Below, in pieces: positions 15,026 to 28,507 of a stretch of 64,000 nucleotides of DNA. The position numbers and the translations under genes were made by a program. Every line of letters starts with the position of its first letter. Position 1 is the stretch's first letter. Origin of the DNA: the human T2T-CHM13v2.0 reference genome, Homo sapiens; assembly GCF_009914755.1 (NCBI RefSeq), contig NC_060944.1; one strand, written 5' to 3'. Under the pieces are notes generated by a model. The model was given only the letters and a program-made list of their open reading frames with translations, ran no database searches and was not told where the DNA came from.

Positions 15026-16699
15026 CGGAAACCCCTGCCCACACTCCTGTCACACCAAGCCCTTTAGGGAGATTTTGTAAGCTTTAATGTGCAACCTCCT
15101 CTTACTGTAACTCCTTTTTTATTATTATTATTATTATTACAAATAAAAACTTGGCATGTCTTTGAAGTTTTAACTGCATCAAAGACTTGCTCCCATTAAT
15201 TTAAAATTACTTTTTCTAAAAGCCTGTCTACTGTTAGCAGTTCATGAAAAGGATGCCCTGTTTGCTGTCTCCTGAGTTCTCAAAGAAGAACCTCTAATTG
15301 ATCTTTCTGCATTTTTGCATCAAATAATACTGAGTGGAAAAAAATGCCCTTTAACTCATAAAGTGGCCACGTCTATGAGAGACCCTTGAGGCAGATAGAA
15401 CTGAAGAAAGGGGTCTGACTACACTCCAGGGTTCTGGATTTAGAAGAAAATGAAATTGAGAAAATGAATTTATATTTGAAATCAACAAATACTAACTCTT
15501 GATTGATTTCTATGGCAGTCAGAATGCAGCAAAATATTTTTGAAAATAAACTAGCATTTTTTAAATCTTTAAAAATTTTAATGTTGTAAAATAGTATATT
15601 AATTGTTAGACTTGCAGGTTTAAAGGAGTTGAAAAACATTTTAATTTAATTCCCTCTAAGTCCACACTTCATTTATTAAACAGATCAATTTGTTTCATTT
15701 TTTTTCTATTCTTCCCATATAAAATGCTCATAATCTGTTTGTATTATATCCTTTACATTGAGAAGTTTTATACATATTTTAATTTTATTCTCCCATCAGC
15801 AAGTCTTGTTTTCCTTGTATAAGTCAAATAGTGGACATGAACAGCTCGAAAACAACCCATAATATTGTTGAAGAGTATATGGAAATAGTCTATTTTGGAG
15901 AAAAAAAATAAACTCATTTTTCAGAAAACAACCAATTAAATTATGTTATTTAGGTCTGACATTTTATTTAGTAAAATTAATGTTAAAAAAAACCCTTGGT
16001 TGCCTAACAAGTTGAATAAATTAAGTTGAGTTAATTGAATTAAGTTGAATTAATTAAATTCAATTGTTTTACTTTTTTACATCTTTAATTTTCCAAAATG
16101 TACTGGATCACTTGTTTTATTCTTTTATAAAATATGAAATTAAGATGAAGCATGGTGATGCTACATATTAGGAAATTATATTCCTGAATGTCACCTCCTT
16201 GGTAATATTTGGCAAAATTCTGTGAATAACAAATCTAAGAGAATAAATATTCTCCAATCAATAACCAAGGATTCAGATGATAAACAAAATTCGTTTTATG
16301 TTATTAGAGCAGCCTGCCTATACTAAGCCCAAAACAACCACTTAATCTTTTAAAACAAGGGTTATAAAATTATAGCTAGTTAGGCCAGCCTGTGGCTTTT
16401 TTTGCTAACAAACGCCAATAGAATAGTTATCCAAATAAGTGAATTAGACACAATCCATCTCTAATAGGTTCCTTCTCTAATATTCAGTTATTATGGCTTC
16501 ATCCAACATGAAGTAACACAAACCATATCTGGTCTTTTCTGTGTGAAATCTGACAATAAAGCTCTTCTGATATTATCTAACCGAGGTGATACATTATAAC
16601 GACACCCAGGAGACCACACTGCAAGTGCTGGGAAAGGAAGCACGGCGTTGTGAAACTGCCAAAACCTTGTGGGTCATTTTGTTCAAATATCTCATCTTA

Positions 16700-17010
<311 letters not shown>

Positions 17011-17589
17011 CACATGTCTCATTTTAGAGACAATAAAGCTAAGGGCCTCGGGGTTGTCCTTGGGTTAGCCCAAGGACACTAGATTTTAGCACAAGTTGAT
17101 CAAGAATAGTGTCCGGCTAAGGTTGGAAACTCTATGTCAGCCTCTGATTGGATGAAAATAAGCGCGAATGACAGCAAGAACTTACGGGCTCTAGAAGGAT
17201 TCTGAACCCAGAAACAGCAAGGGGACAAGAAACAAATAGTGAATGTGCTTAAGGAGTCTTGCTAACAAAATTGTATGGAGTTTCCCTCTTAGCTTTGTGA
17301 AATTTGGTTCATTTTGAAGGTTCATGTGTTAGTTTCATGGAGATGATTCTGCTGGCTCTAAACAAGCCATGGGAGAGCCAAGGCACACCAGCTCTCCTGA
17401 TGTGGGTTAGCAATGTGATCCTTGTTTTTCCAGCCAGCTTATTGATACCTTCTATCTCATGGAAAAGCCTTCCTTGCTGCCCTAACTGACCTACATAAAG
17501 CCATGGAAATAATTGATTAGGAACAAAAGGACCTTAGACCCATCTGTATTCAGTAAAAGCTTCCACTGAAGGTGAGCGCATATCTAAGA

Positions 17590-17815
17590 GGTTTAATGTA
17601 CTGGTTAAGAGCATAGGATGTTGGGACAGAGCATCAGGGTTTAAATCGCAACTTTGCCTCTAGCAGTTTGATGTTGGGCAAGTTGTCAAACCTAGCTTTG
17701 GTTCTTTAAACTCATCTATAACACTGAAGTAAGTAATAATAGGGCTGTGATGAGTGCTAAATAAGTCAGCACATATAAAATGCTTACAATAGTGCCAGCA
17801 CACATTAAATATTGC
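17590..17815 (+). mobile_element. MIR
   Basis: 'tggttaagagcatagg...ttgggcaagttgtcaaacct...ctcatctataa...aaaatgcttacaatagtgccagcaca'. Confidence 0.8.
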
Positions 17816-18189
17816 CCATGTGATTTTTCTGGAATTTGTTTTAATTCCAGATTTTCATCTAAGAAAGTTTTTCTATTTGGCTTTATATCTACGCAAATAA
17901 AAGTTTGAAAAGGCAGCTCAGTCTCTATAAAAAATTTTGTAAAAGTGAATATGGGAATAAGCTGATTTGGCTTATAATAAAAATCAAATGAATCCAAATG
18001 TAAATTTTGGGGTTGTTAATGCAAAGTGAAGTCCTCTTGGGTCCAAATATAAACAGACTGGGATTTGTTTAAGGATTTGAAAACACTGAAAATAAGGAAA
18101 TGTGAAAATTAGCATCTTTACACACCTATTGCATGCTACAAACTATTTTAAGTACTTGAAAATCAGAATCAATAAACAACTTGAGTGCA

Positions 18190-18560
18190 CTTTATAACTG
18201 TGAGAGAAGAAAATCAAGTTGCAAAGTATTAGATTCATTGCTCCTCCAGTTAAAGTTAAAAATAGGCAAAATTAATACTTTTTATAGTTGTATACCAAAT
18301 TGCTAAAATATATTTAATAATCCATGAAAGCAATTATCATAAAAACTAGTATAGTGGTTATTTAAAGGGATGAGGAAAAGGGTATGTCACAGAGGAGGAA
18401 TAAATATGGAGCAAGAGTTCAGAATTTCTGGCAAGATTTAATTTCTCATCTTTGGTAGTGGCTAAATGTGTATTTGCTTTGTGATTATGCAGTATACTCT
18501 ACATTTACATTTATTCTCTTTTGTAGTGTTATCACATTTTAGAATAAAACGTAAAAATAA
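18190..18560 (+). mobile_element. Old L1 (L1ME-type) 3' end
   Basis: 'aaaataggcaaaattaat...tttctcatctttggtagtgg...tttgctttgtgattatgc' L1ME 3'UTR-like. Confidence 0.55.
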
Positions 18561-19282
18561 TGACATTAAACACTTAAGAGCCAAACATTTGCAAAATTGC
18601 CACTATTTCCAGAGACTTTATACTGCCTTGTTAGAAATGCTAATAGTCATGGTAATGAGGTTTGATTCAACCTGAATATCAAATCCCCATCTCAGCTACA
18701 AATGCCTCACTCCACGGACAATTTGTAGATGAGACATACATAGCAAATTGGTCCTCAGTAGATATACCTGACAACAAGTTTAATAAAGATGGCAATGTTT
18801 CAATACTAAATGAGGAATGAAAGTTGTCAGAATCATGGTGTCTTATAAAGAAGAATGATACACAAAGCATTTCATCATCCTTGTCATGTCTTACCAAAAT
18901 AATTTCTGCCTTTTAAACTAAGCAATTGAGTTGGAAGCAATGTTTCAACTTGTGGGCTTATATTAATAGAAGTCAACATAGCAATGGGATAAAACATACT
19001 TAGTGATGAGTCAAAAAGTGAAACTGGTTTGGCAAATTCTACCTCATCTCAGTGGCAAATAATTAACTTATAATGAAAACTGAAACCAATTACATTCAGT
19101 CTAAAGGGAAACTGAAGGTCAATTACTCAAGACATCAATTATCTATAAAGAAGTTTATGGATATCATCAACTATTGATTTTTACAAAGTGTTAAAGACAC
19201 TCATGAGTCATTTACTGAGTACTAAATTATATTTATCAATTCTCAAAGTTCCCAGTGATTGCAGATGAAATTTATAATTGAG

Positions 19283-19842
19283 TGCCAGGTTGTATTTTCC
19301 ACAATTGGCTACAACATCATCTCCATCCATGCATGCTCTTCTAGAACCTTGCCTTTGTTCCATCCTGGAGTAGAACCTATTTCTTTCCGCATGAAACTGA
19401 GTGGACTTATGAACCATTTGTAATCAATAAAATGTAATATATATAATACTGTATGATTTTTGAGGCTAGATAATAAAAGATAATGTCACTTGTCTTATTT
19501 GCTGGAATACTCATTCTTGAAGCTTTCAGAGGCTACAGAAATCATTCTATAGCCATGAGGGTGCCATGTTGTGAGGAAGCCCAAACTATCTCACATACAA
19601 AGAGCACATGGTAAGGGCACGAGACTAATACAAAGAAAGTGAGATGCCCAGGCAACTGCCAGGTACTTTAGTCCCCCAAATTTGAATGTTCCAGCCATAA
19701 CTACCATCTGACCATAACCATGATTCAAAACAAAAGTCCTTTCCAAATTTCTTACCCACAAAGTTCATGAGAAATAATATAATATTTGTTGTCTTTTCGC
19801 TAAGATTTGTGTTGATCTGTCACATGGCAATATAAATGACCA
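19283..19842. mobile_element. MLT1 (F/G-like) solo LTR
   Basis: 'tgatttttgaggctagataataaaag', 'gccatgttgtgaggaagcccaaacta', terminal 'gatctgtcacatggcaatataaatgac'. Confidence 0.75.
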
Positions 19843-20073
19843 ATTGAGCTATTTTCTCAAACTTCAGGGCTATTTGTTCTCATTGAAAGATTATATACAA
19901 TACTCAGGAAACTTCATATAATCATCTATGTGATGTTTCTAATTGATTAGCTCAAGATATTTGATCAACCCTTGGAAAACTTCAATATCATATGTTGAAT
20001 TCCTGAGGTGTCCACTTAGGAACATTTTGATAAATCCATGAATTCAGACTCTTGGTCCACAATATGTGATCTG

Positions 20074-20960
20074 AGGTGGCATCAAAAAATGGTAGAGTAA
20101 GGACCTCTAAAATTCTCTCCTCCATAAAAGCAATGAGAGCACTAGTAAAAATTATTAGAATTAAAATTTTCAAAACTATAGAAATCAATCAATGCTTGCA
20201 GAAACTCCAGGGATATTTATTCAAGAACAATGGCTGAATATTGGTACAAATAAGCAGTTTTGCAGTACTGTAGCACTATTCCCACATCCTAATCATCATA
20301 AAAACTAACATTGCATCCTGGAAGCCACTGGTCGGGACAGAATGGATTTGGAATTCCTTTAAAATTGCATTCCTCGAGGATTATTGTTATTTGACCTGTC
20401 TAGTGACTCACTGGAATACACTACTTGCAAGGATATCTTTATTTGACTGTGACTTGGAACTTGCCTAATGTGAATAGCCTTTTCCCCAGGATTGTTTGTT
20501 GAAACAATCAGAGACAACTGTATAACACCACAGCTGCCTGAGGCAATGGATGGTAGACTGAGAAAACAATAGGCAAAGAAACCTTAAAAGGGGAAGTAGG
20601 GAAATAGTACACTCACAGGGAGCTTTGAAAAGCTCTGATACATTCCTGGGAATCCTGAAGGACAACCACATACAGAAGTCTATGTGTATGCACAGGACTC
20701 TGTGCATGCTCAGAAAAGACCTGAAAACCTAAGTTCTAACCTTGAGGCTCTGTGTAAACAGGAAGTGAAGGCTAAGGTAGAGTTGTAACTTCTTGAATGT
20801 AGAAAGTATACCCAACACACACACAAAACCCCTCAACAAAGACTGTGGAAGACATTAGTTTCAGGTAGTTAAGGAAATCTCTGTCCAATCATTAAATGAC
20901 CATTAAGATAACTGAGCAGAGACTTCAATGGACACACATAACAAAGAATATAGACTAGAA
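20074..20960 (+). mobile_element. Old L1 (L1M4/L1MD-type) 5' region
   Basis: 'catcaaaaaatggtagagtaaggacctctaaaattctctcctccataaagcaatgag' L1M 5' start. Confidence 0.7.
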
Positions 20961-22102
20961 GAATTTTAAATTTTAAAGTTTTATTTTGATAGCTTTAATA
21001 GATATCTAGTAATCATTTCTAGTTATGTCACCTTTCTTATTATTCTTCTTTCTATTGTAAATGGTATGTTTTTTCTGTGAATATTTTCCTGGCTGTTCTT
21101 TTAACATTAATCTGTAAATTATTCTAAAAATGCTAATGATTTTTTTATATTTAAAAATAGTTTTTCATTTATTTTTCTATGTTTCCTAGGCAAATAATCT
21201 TATGACTGGAGAGTAATACCAAATTTAGTCCTCCTTTCATAAATATATAACTTCTTTTTTATCTTTTCTTTATGTGCATTGCTAGTTTGATAGTTCAGGG
21301 TATAAACTTTTATGTGTCTTTAATGAATCGACTTTATCCATATTCAGATCTTATCTATGATTTACTTGTTTTCTCTACTTATTTCCCATTAGCAGACAAA
21401 TCAAGTTTCCATCTATAATTTTTGTTTCTGTCAATTTCTCCCTTCATTTCTAGATTTTAGTTTAGTGTATTTGAATACAATGTTATTTAATGCATTAAAA
21501 ATATCATGAAGGATATTTCCACTGTATAGGTGTTTATATCCTTTCCATTATAATTTGAGCCTTTTGGTCTTATTAAACAGGTTTGGATTGAGTTCCAATC
21601 ATCCAGTACTAATGTTGGAACTGCAGTGTTATTTGTTGTTGTTGTTGTTGTTTTTCTTTTTAAAATAATTTTTTTGCATTTATCTATATTTTTGCACTTT
21701 ACTTTCTACATTTATACTTACTTTTTTTTAAGAGTGTCATATTTAAGATACAGTGAAATGTGATCGTTGACTTAGTTTCAGTCACTTATATCAATGGTAA
21801 ATTTAGGAACATGCTAGCAGTGTTTATTTTAATATTCTTTTATTTAAAATGGTATCCTTCACTATTTTCTCTGTCTTCTCACGTTGCTACATTGGCTTTC
21901 TTCCCTTCCTACATCTCCTTCTTCCTCTGCCACAGTCAAAACTTAGAATGCTTTTATTCTTTATTTATTTTTCATGCATTTGATTGTATGACTGTAAATA
22001 ATCTAAAACTGTAAATAGTCTTGATTTCATAACTTAAAAATAAGATAATATCTATAAATAATTTTTCAAGTTGGCTGCTGGATTTTTGCCTCAATTCATA
22101 AT

Positions 22103-22230
22103 TTTGAAAAGCTCTGATATGTTCCTGGGAATCCTGAAGGACAACCACATACAGAAGTCTATGTGTATCCACAGGACTGTGTGCATACTCAGAAAAGACC
22201 TGAAAACCTAAGTTCTAACGTTGAGGCTCT
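22103..22230 (+). repeat. 128-bp dispersed direct copy of 20624-20751
   Basis: Ungapped alignment by eye, 6 mismatches in 128 bp. Confidence 0.95.
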
Positions 22231-23480
22231 TGAGCTTACATTATAAAAGTTTCCTTTAAGGATTATTGCATTTACATTACATTCTGCCAGTAAACTTCTC
22301 ATTGCTTTTGCCCATAAATCATATCTAACTGAATCCATGCTCTCCATTGGTTACATATATTTGACCAATTTATCATTTGTGCATTCTGTTTGTTCACATC
22401 TTGGTTAGTAGCATCACAATTTCTCAGATGGTTGCTGGTGGTCAGGTGAAATAAAGTGCAGGTGGAGGCAAAGTGTTGAGACCTCAAGTGACTGAAGCAC
22501 TTACTATGACAACTATAGTGATGATGGAGATTATAGGTCACCTGGCTTCTTTTTATGGTCCTAGACGGCACAAAGAGAAGAGGAAATTGAAATACATGAA
22601 TGTACAACTGAGAATGTTGGTGAACAATCAGAAAGCCTTGATGGCAGCTATAAAAGAATTCATCATCTCCTGCAATTGTGGAGCAAATATGTCTGAAGAC
22701 TTATCCTGAGATTAGGTCTTGCTACTCTGCAACCCTTCTTGCTACTCTGCAACCCTTATCTTATCTTTCACATGTTAAAGCTACCAAATTTCTTACACTA
22801 AAATTAGGCCTCTGGAGAAGAAAGACTGGTTCACTGGTATAAGAGAAGTTGATTTATTTGGGCCAAATATATGATTTCCTTAATTTCCACTGACTCTGTC
22901 CTGTTGGCTAAGGAAACCCTTTTTTCTCTTCTGAGAAATCCACTCATCCTCTGCATAAAAGACTTATGTTGAGTGCAAGACTTGGACATATGGGGCAATT
23001 TCTCATAAGAGTATATCAGTTGTTTTCAATACACACTTCCATCATGCTTTATCACCTTCAGTGCCACCATGAGATTTAGATGCCAACATAGCTCAGACGC
23101 ATGAAACACCAGTCCTGATCTGCAGATAGAGCAGTCTAGGTGCCAAAGGAGTTACAGAATTTCACCAATCTGTACTGGCCAGGATCTGGGTATATATATC
23201 TATGACAATGAAATCTAAGGGTATTAGGCTAGGAAAAAAAAGAAAGAAAGCCTTGAGTAAGATAAAGTATTGACATGAGTACTTTCACCTAGAATTTGAA
23301 ATTAAATTTATTGACTTGAAAACTTATAAATATAACTCACATTCTGATAAGTCAGCCACCTGTAGTTCGAACAAAATGAGGTTGAAATGCTATAACATCC
23401 TTGGCATCCTAAAGAAATCTAAGACCTCAGGTAGATGGGAGTGTTGATGAAGATTTGTTATGTGCAACTTGCTCTTTTCC

Positions 23481-23595
23481 TAGGGCAGCCAACAAGATTA
23501 TATGCCTAAGAAAGACTGAGGGGTTTCCTGGGACATGAGATTTTCAGTGGCAACTCCAGGATAGTCCCTTGAAAACTGTGATGTTTGGTCCCTTA
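23481..23595. mobile_element. MER81 (hAT-Blackjack MITE)
   Basis: About 115 bp, TIR-like tagggcagccaac...gtttggtccctta, internal 'gactgaggggtttcctgggacatgagattttcagtg'. Confidence 0.75.
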
Positions 23596-23671
23596 ACCTT
23601 CTACTCTCTCACTCTACCCTTGAGAGGCCTGCAAAATACTCCTTCAGGAGGTTTAAAGAATAAAATCTGCT

Positions 23672-23852
23672 GTAGGGGGTACAGGGGGAGGGAGAGCATC
23701 AGGAAGAATAGCTAATGGAGGCTGGGTTTAATACCTAGGTGATGGGTTGATCTGTGCAGCAAACTACCATGGCACATGTTTACCTATGCAACAAGCCCAA
23801 ATCTGCACATCCTGCACATGTACCCCAGAACTTAAAAGTTGAAGAAAAAAAA
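23672..23852 (+). mobile_element. L1PA (older, ~PA13-16) extreme 3' end inserted in ERV-L
   Basis: 'gggagagcatcaggaagaatagctaatg...cacatcctgcacatgtaccccagaacttaaaag' plus poly(A). Confidence 0.9.
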
Positions 23853-26280
23853 TCCACTACTGATCAAGTTCTGGCTCTCATCTAAGCTACTCAGCTACTT
23901 GGGCCTTATGATCCATAGGACCCACTAGAACTTAGATGTCTGTGGCCAGAAGAGATGGTTCATGACCCCCCTGGCAAGCACCAACAGGAGAATCACACTA
24001 TACATTTTTGGGGCTTTAGAGTAAGGCCATCTCATCTTCAGGTAACAAATATTCTTCAGTTGAAAAGAAACTTCTAGCTTGTTATTGGGCACCGACAGAC
24101 TGAATCCCTGTTTATGGAACATCAAGTGATTATGCAGCCTGAATTACCTGTCATGAACTGAGAATTATTTGATTCACTGAACTGTAAAATTAAATGTGCA
24201 CAGCTGCACTTCATTATAAAAGAAGAATCATATTTGTGAGATCGTGACTGAGTAGGCTTGGAAAGTATAACTAGAATGGCATGAAGTAGATAGCTCCATT
24301 TTACCTCTCCTCTTGCTATGTTGCCCCTCCCTCTTTCCACATATATTAAGTCAAGGGAAGCTCATATGACCATTAGCAGATGAGAAAAAAGCTCAGGCTT
24401 GGTTTGTGGATGAATGGGCATGGCATGCTGGCACCAGCCAGAAGTGGACAGCTATCTTTCAACACTATGCAGGGGTAGCCCTCAAAAAGTGTTGGTCACC
24501 ACAGGATCTCTCCTTTTTATAGTTAAAAATCAAGTCTTTGAGGTAGAAGTGACTCCTTTCAATATTATATATAAAATGCACATAAATAACTTTTGCTTCC
24601 TGTCTCTTATCAACTTTGGACTCAGATGTTTGGAAGTCCCAGTGGCCACGAAGACAATGCTTCCTCCAGGCATATGGTCATGGGTTCTAATGAATTAACA
24701 GTCTCCTCTCCCCACCACCACCTTGGACTTCTTGTGTCACTGAACCAACAGGCAGAAAAGCGAATTACTCTTCTGAGTAGAGTGGTTGAAGTCCATTACA
24801 AGGTAGAATTCAGGTTGACATTACATATTGTGGGCAAGAAGGAGTATGCTTGAAACCCAGAGAGTTTTCTGGTAGTATGTTAGTACTTCCTTTGCAAATA
24901 GCGCTAGTCAATGGAAAACCATGGTAATCTAAGATTCAGATTCCACAAGAATAAAGGATTGAGTCACCACACTTGAAAAATATCCCATCCAGCCAAGGTT
25001 CTGGCATAAGTCAAGAAAAACATAGAATGACTGAAGGACAAAAACTGCTTTAATTAACAGCTATGTCTCATGCATGCCCAGATGTAGGAGAGACTGCAGT
25101 AGTCTCCTTCCTGCCAGATCTCTGATGAGTGCATTGTATTTAACATGAAAACCTCTATTTGGATCTTTGATTTTCACAGAAGTAGTATGGCAGGAACTCA
25201 TCTGGATGCTGTTCGTTCTCCTTTTAATCCTGAGTTTAAAGGCTGGATATTGATGGTTATCTCAGCTCTTCGATTACATCTGGTTAGGGTATCCTAAGTG
25301 GAGTTATCAGTAGCTATAGTTCATGAATTGTCAATGTTTCCAGCACGTTTAAATTTTCTTGTCATCAAATTTATTTCACCTACTTTGTAACTAATTCAGT
25401 ATGTTGCCTTGGCTAGGGTGTTTGTCAACCTATGAATAGTATCTCTAAATTCAGGATTTCTACCTAGATTTGCTTCAACAAAAATTAAAATAACTCAGAA
25501 CTTTTGTAGCATTGCTTAAACATTCTCTTCCTAGAAATCAAACCCATTTTCAGACTAGCTAGGGAAGAGGGAGAAATTGATGAACTTTTTGTGAAATATA
25601 GGGTTTTAACTGCTGTGTTTTTAGACTTTAAGAGCCAGATTTGTATGAGGTGGTTCCCTTAATGGAGCTAATATTTCTTATGGTTTTAGTATTTTTTGTT
25701 TATAAATTCCTACTAGTTGTTGTTTAAAATTGAATTTACTCGTTCTTGCATCCTCTCCGACGTGTAAGCACAATACTTATTACCCAACTAGGAAGCAAAA
25801 CATTTGAGTAAAGATGCAGCTGAAATATTGAAAATGCAAATAAGTGAAATAAAAGTTGTTAAAGTTTGTTTTTCCCCAAAGACCTTAAGTCAGCTGGCTC
25901 TTCTTCCAGTTTTTAAAACTATTCCTTAGCATACAGAAAATATTACCAATTGATTTCATGAAGGTAGTATAGCGTGATCTTTAAATCATAGCTTATTTTG
26001 TAATTTGTCATTGGGCAGTATCTCATTGTTTCACAACTCGACCAAAAATATTTAATACTATTTTATGCATATCTTGTAGATGAGATAAGCAAGATTTCAA
26101 GAAGTTGAGGGATGTTTTAAGACTGTCAGTATGTCAACTCAGAAATTCTTGGTTTCAGACAGAATTCTTTATTATTACACAACCTTGTATTCCAATTTAA
26201 CATAATAGATCCATTCCTTCATTCTTAAACTTCTCTTCTTTTCCTGATTCCTATGTCACCAGACTATTCTGGTTTTCTTT

Positions 26281-26453
<173 letters not shown>

Positions 26454-26734
26454 TGAGATGGGATCTTGCTCTGTCACCCAGGCACAATCTCATTGGCGCC
26501 ATCTTGGCTCACTGCAACCTCTGCCTCTGGGTTTAAGCAATTCTCCTGCCTCAGCCACCCCAGTAGCTGGAATTACAGGTGGCTGCCACTACATCTGGCT
26601 AATTTTTGTATTTTTAGTAGAGATGAGGTTTCACCATATTGGCCAGGCTGGTCTCGAACTTGTGACCCAAGTGATCCACCCCCCTCAGCCTTCCAAGGTG
26701 CTGGGATTACAGGCATGAGCCACTGCACCCAGCC
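26454..26734 (-). mobile_element. AluSx/Sz-like
   Basis: Antisense Alu; TSD t[a/c]ttctggttttcttt at 26265-26280 and 26735-26750. Confidence 0.95.
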
Positions 26735-26922
26735 TCTTCTGGTTTTCTTTTTTCATTCTTTGTCTCTTTCTTGTTACTTCCCTCACAGATTCCTCTTTTT
26801 TCTTTTTCTGTCCCTTTAATGTTAATGCTCTCCAGGATTTTGCCTTTAATCTTTATTTATTCTCACTGTGTAAACTCTTCTGGGCCATCTCATCTAAGCC
26901 ATTATCTTTTAGTTTAAAGAAT

Positions 26923-27042
26923 ATTTTTAATTGACAAGTATTATATATATTTATTATATGCAATGTGTTGTTTTGAAATATGCATGTATTGTGGAATGGC
27001 TAAATCAAGCTACTTAATATATATGTACTTCATATTTTGTTA
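26923..27042 (-). mobile_element. L1MA 3' terminal fragment
   Basis: 'ttttgaaatatgcatgtattgtggaatggctaaatcaagcta'. Confidence 0.7.
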
Positions 27043-28079
27043 ACAGTGTCAGGATAAAACTGCTAGATATTAATAAAAAATAATAAACCCTATTTTCCTG
27101 ATATATAATCTTCCCCTTATGCTCCACCTGAATGTTTCACCAGAAACATACCATACATAAAAGAGATGAAACAAAGAGAAGAAAATGTCAAATTCTTGTT
27201 TTGAATGCTGAAACAACCTCCTGAAACTCATGTCAGGGACAATAGTCTGAAAAATCTAGGCTATTGATTAGCACAAGCCAGATATTTTACAACTTCAAAA
27301 ACAAGACCTAAAGGCAACTTAGCATAGAGACTATGACTTAAGCAATATTGCATAAGACAATTGATAAACGACCTGTGGATTCCCTGAATGGAAAATAAAG
27401 TTTCATTTGATGGGGGTGAGAGGGAATTTCAGAGAGGAGGGAGAGACCTTCAGCATGGGTGAGTTCTTAAGAAGGAATTAGGGAGACTGCTTTCTGACTG
27501 AATCTTGGGGTATGGCCTGAAGAACAGAAAGTCTGGACAGGAATGAGGGCTTTACAGGGGCAGAAGAGACCTGTTTCTTGCTCCCAGGTCAAGACTAGGT
27601 TTTAGTGTCTAGATGACAGTGATTCATAGAAATGTTCTCCATGTCAGCATAATCTATAGAGCAAAAACAAGCAAGACAGGTACAGGTAGACTCTTCCTTC
27701 TCTCACTCTCTGGTCTCCTGATATTTCAGAGAAGTGTGGAAAAGGATGTCAATGCTCCCCATGTCATAACATGCATGCCAGGAGACCTAAATAATCTGAG
27801 TTTTGTGGATACAGACATAATATGAAGATATGCAAGATTTCTCAAAGTTGAAGACACCTTGGCAAAAAGCACCATGAATAGAAGCGTATGGCCAAAGGCC
27901 AGGTGTGAGAAACGGTATCACAGCAGGTGCCAATAGAGGAAAGAGTGAAGCTGCCATTTGGCTGACCAGGTAAATTGTTTACACTGATACCAAACAAGCT
28001 CTCCAATAAAGAAGATGTCTCATCATGGAGAAAGGGAGAAAACAATGCTAAATTATATGAGATTCCTTCTAAAAGGCCT

Positions 28080-28507
28080 AACCGCCTGCAGGTTGGTTAG
28101 GTGGCTCTGCTGATCTTGACTTGCTGGCTTATATGTCTGGGTGTTGGCTAGCTGTTGACTGATCTAGTATGTACTCAGCCGGAGTGAAGTGGGTGTCCCA
28201 GCCTGTTCCATAGCTCTCATTCTCCAGGAGACTAGCTCAGGCATATTCTCATAACACTGATGTAAGAGCAAGAGAGGAACCAGAAGCTCATATGCTGATT
28301 TGTGATCCTCTGCAAGCGTCACATTTGCTAACATCCTTTTTGACCAAAACATCTCATGGCTAGACTCAGTATTAAGATGTGGAAAAAATAGACTCCAGCA
28401 CTTCAGGGAAAATAATGGAACAGTCACATGACACATAGGCAAGTGGTAGTAAGGAGGCTACAGAAAGTGAGGGGAGATTGGAACTCTTAAAGCACTCAAT
28501 CTACTAA
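28080..28507. mobile_element. MLT1H-like LTR fragment
   Basis: 'ggctctgctgatcttg', 'gtcacatttgctaacatcctttttgaccaaaacatctcatggc', 'aaatagactcca'. Confidence 0.75.

Larger units (their letters stand above)
22400..25070 (+). mobile_element. Degenerate ERV-L (HERV16/ERVL-E-like) internal region: gag, RT-connection/RNase H and dUTPase relics
   Basis: Hand translation: LGPYDP (23898), SKAISSSGNKYSSVEKKLLACYWA, HQVIMQPELPVMN, AQAWFVDEWAWHAGTSQKWTA (24391); dUTPase-like LGLLVSLNQQAEKRITLLSRVVEVHYKVEFRLTLHIVGKKEYA (ORF 24593-24853); gag-like 'KEFIISCNCGANMSED' (ORF 22473-22709). Confidence 0.85.

Noticed and set aside
19000-19215. AP-1 TGAGTCA sites here and scattered elsewhere
   Set aside because: The total across the window is about what chance predicts; only noted where other evidence coincides (57130).
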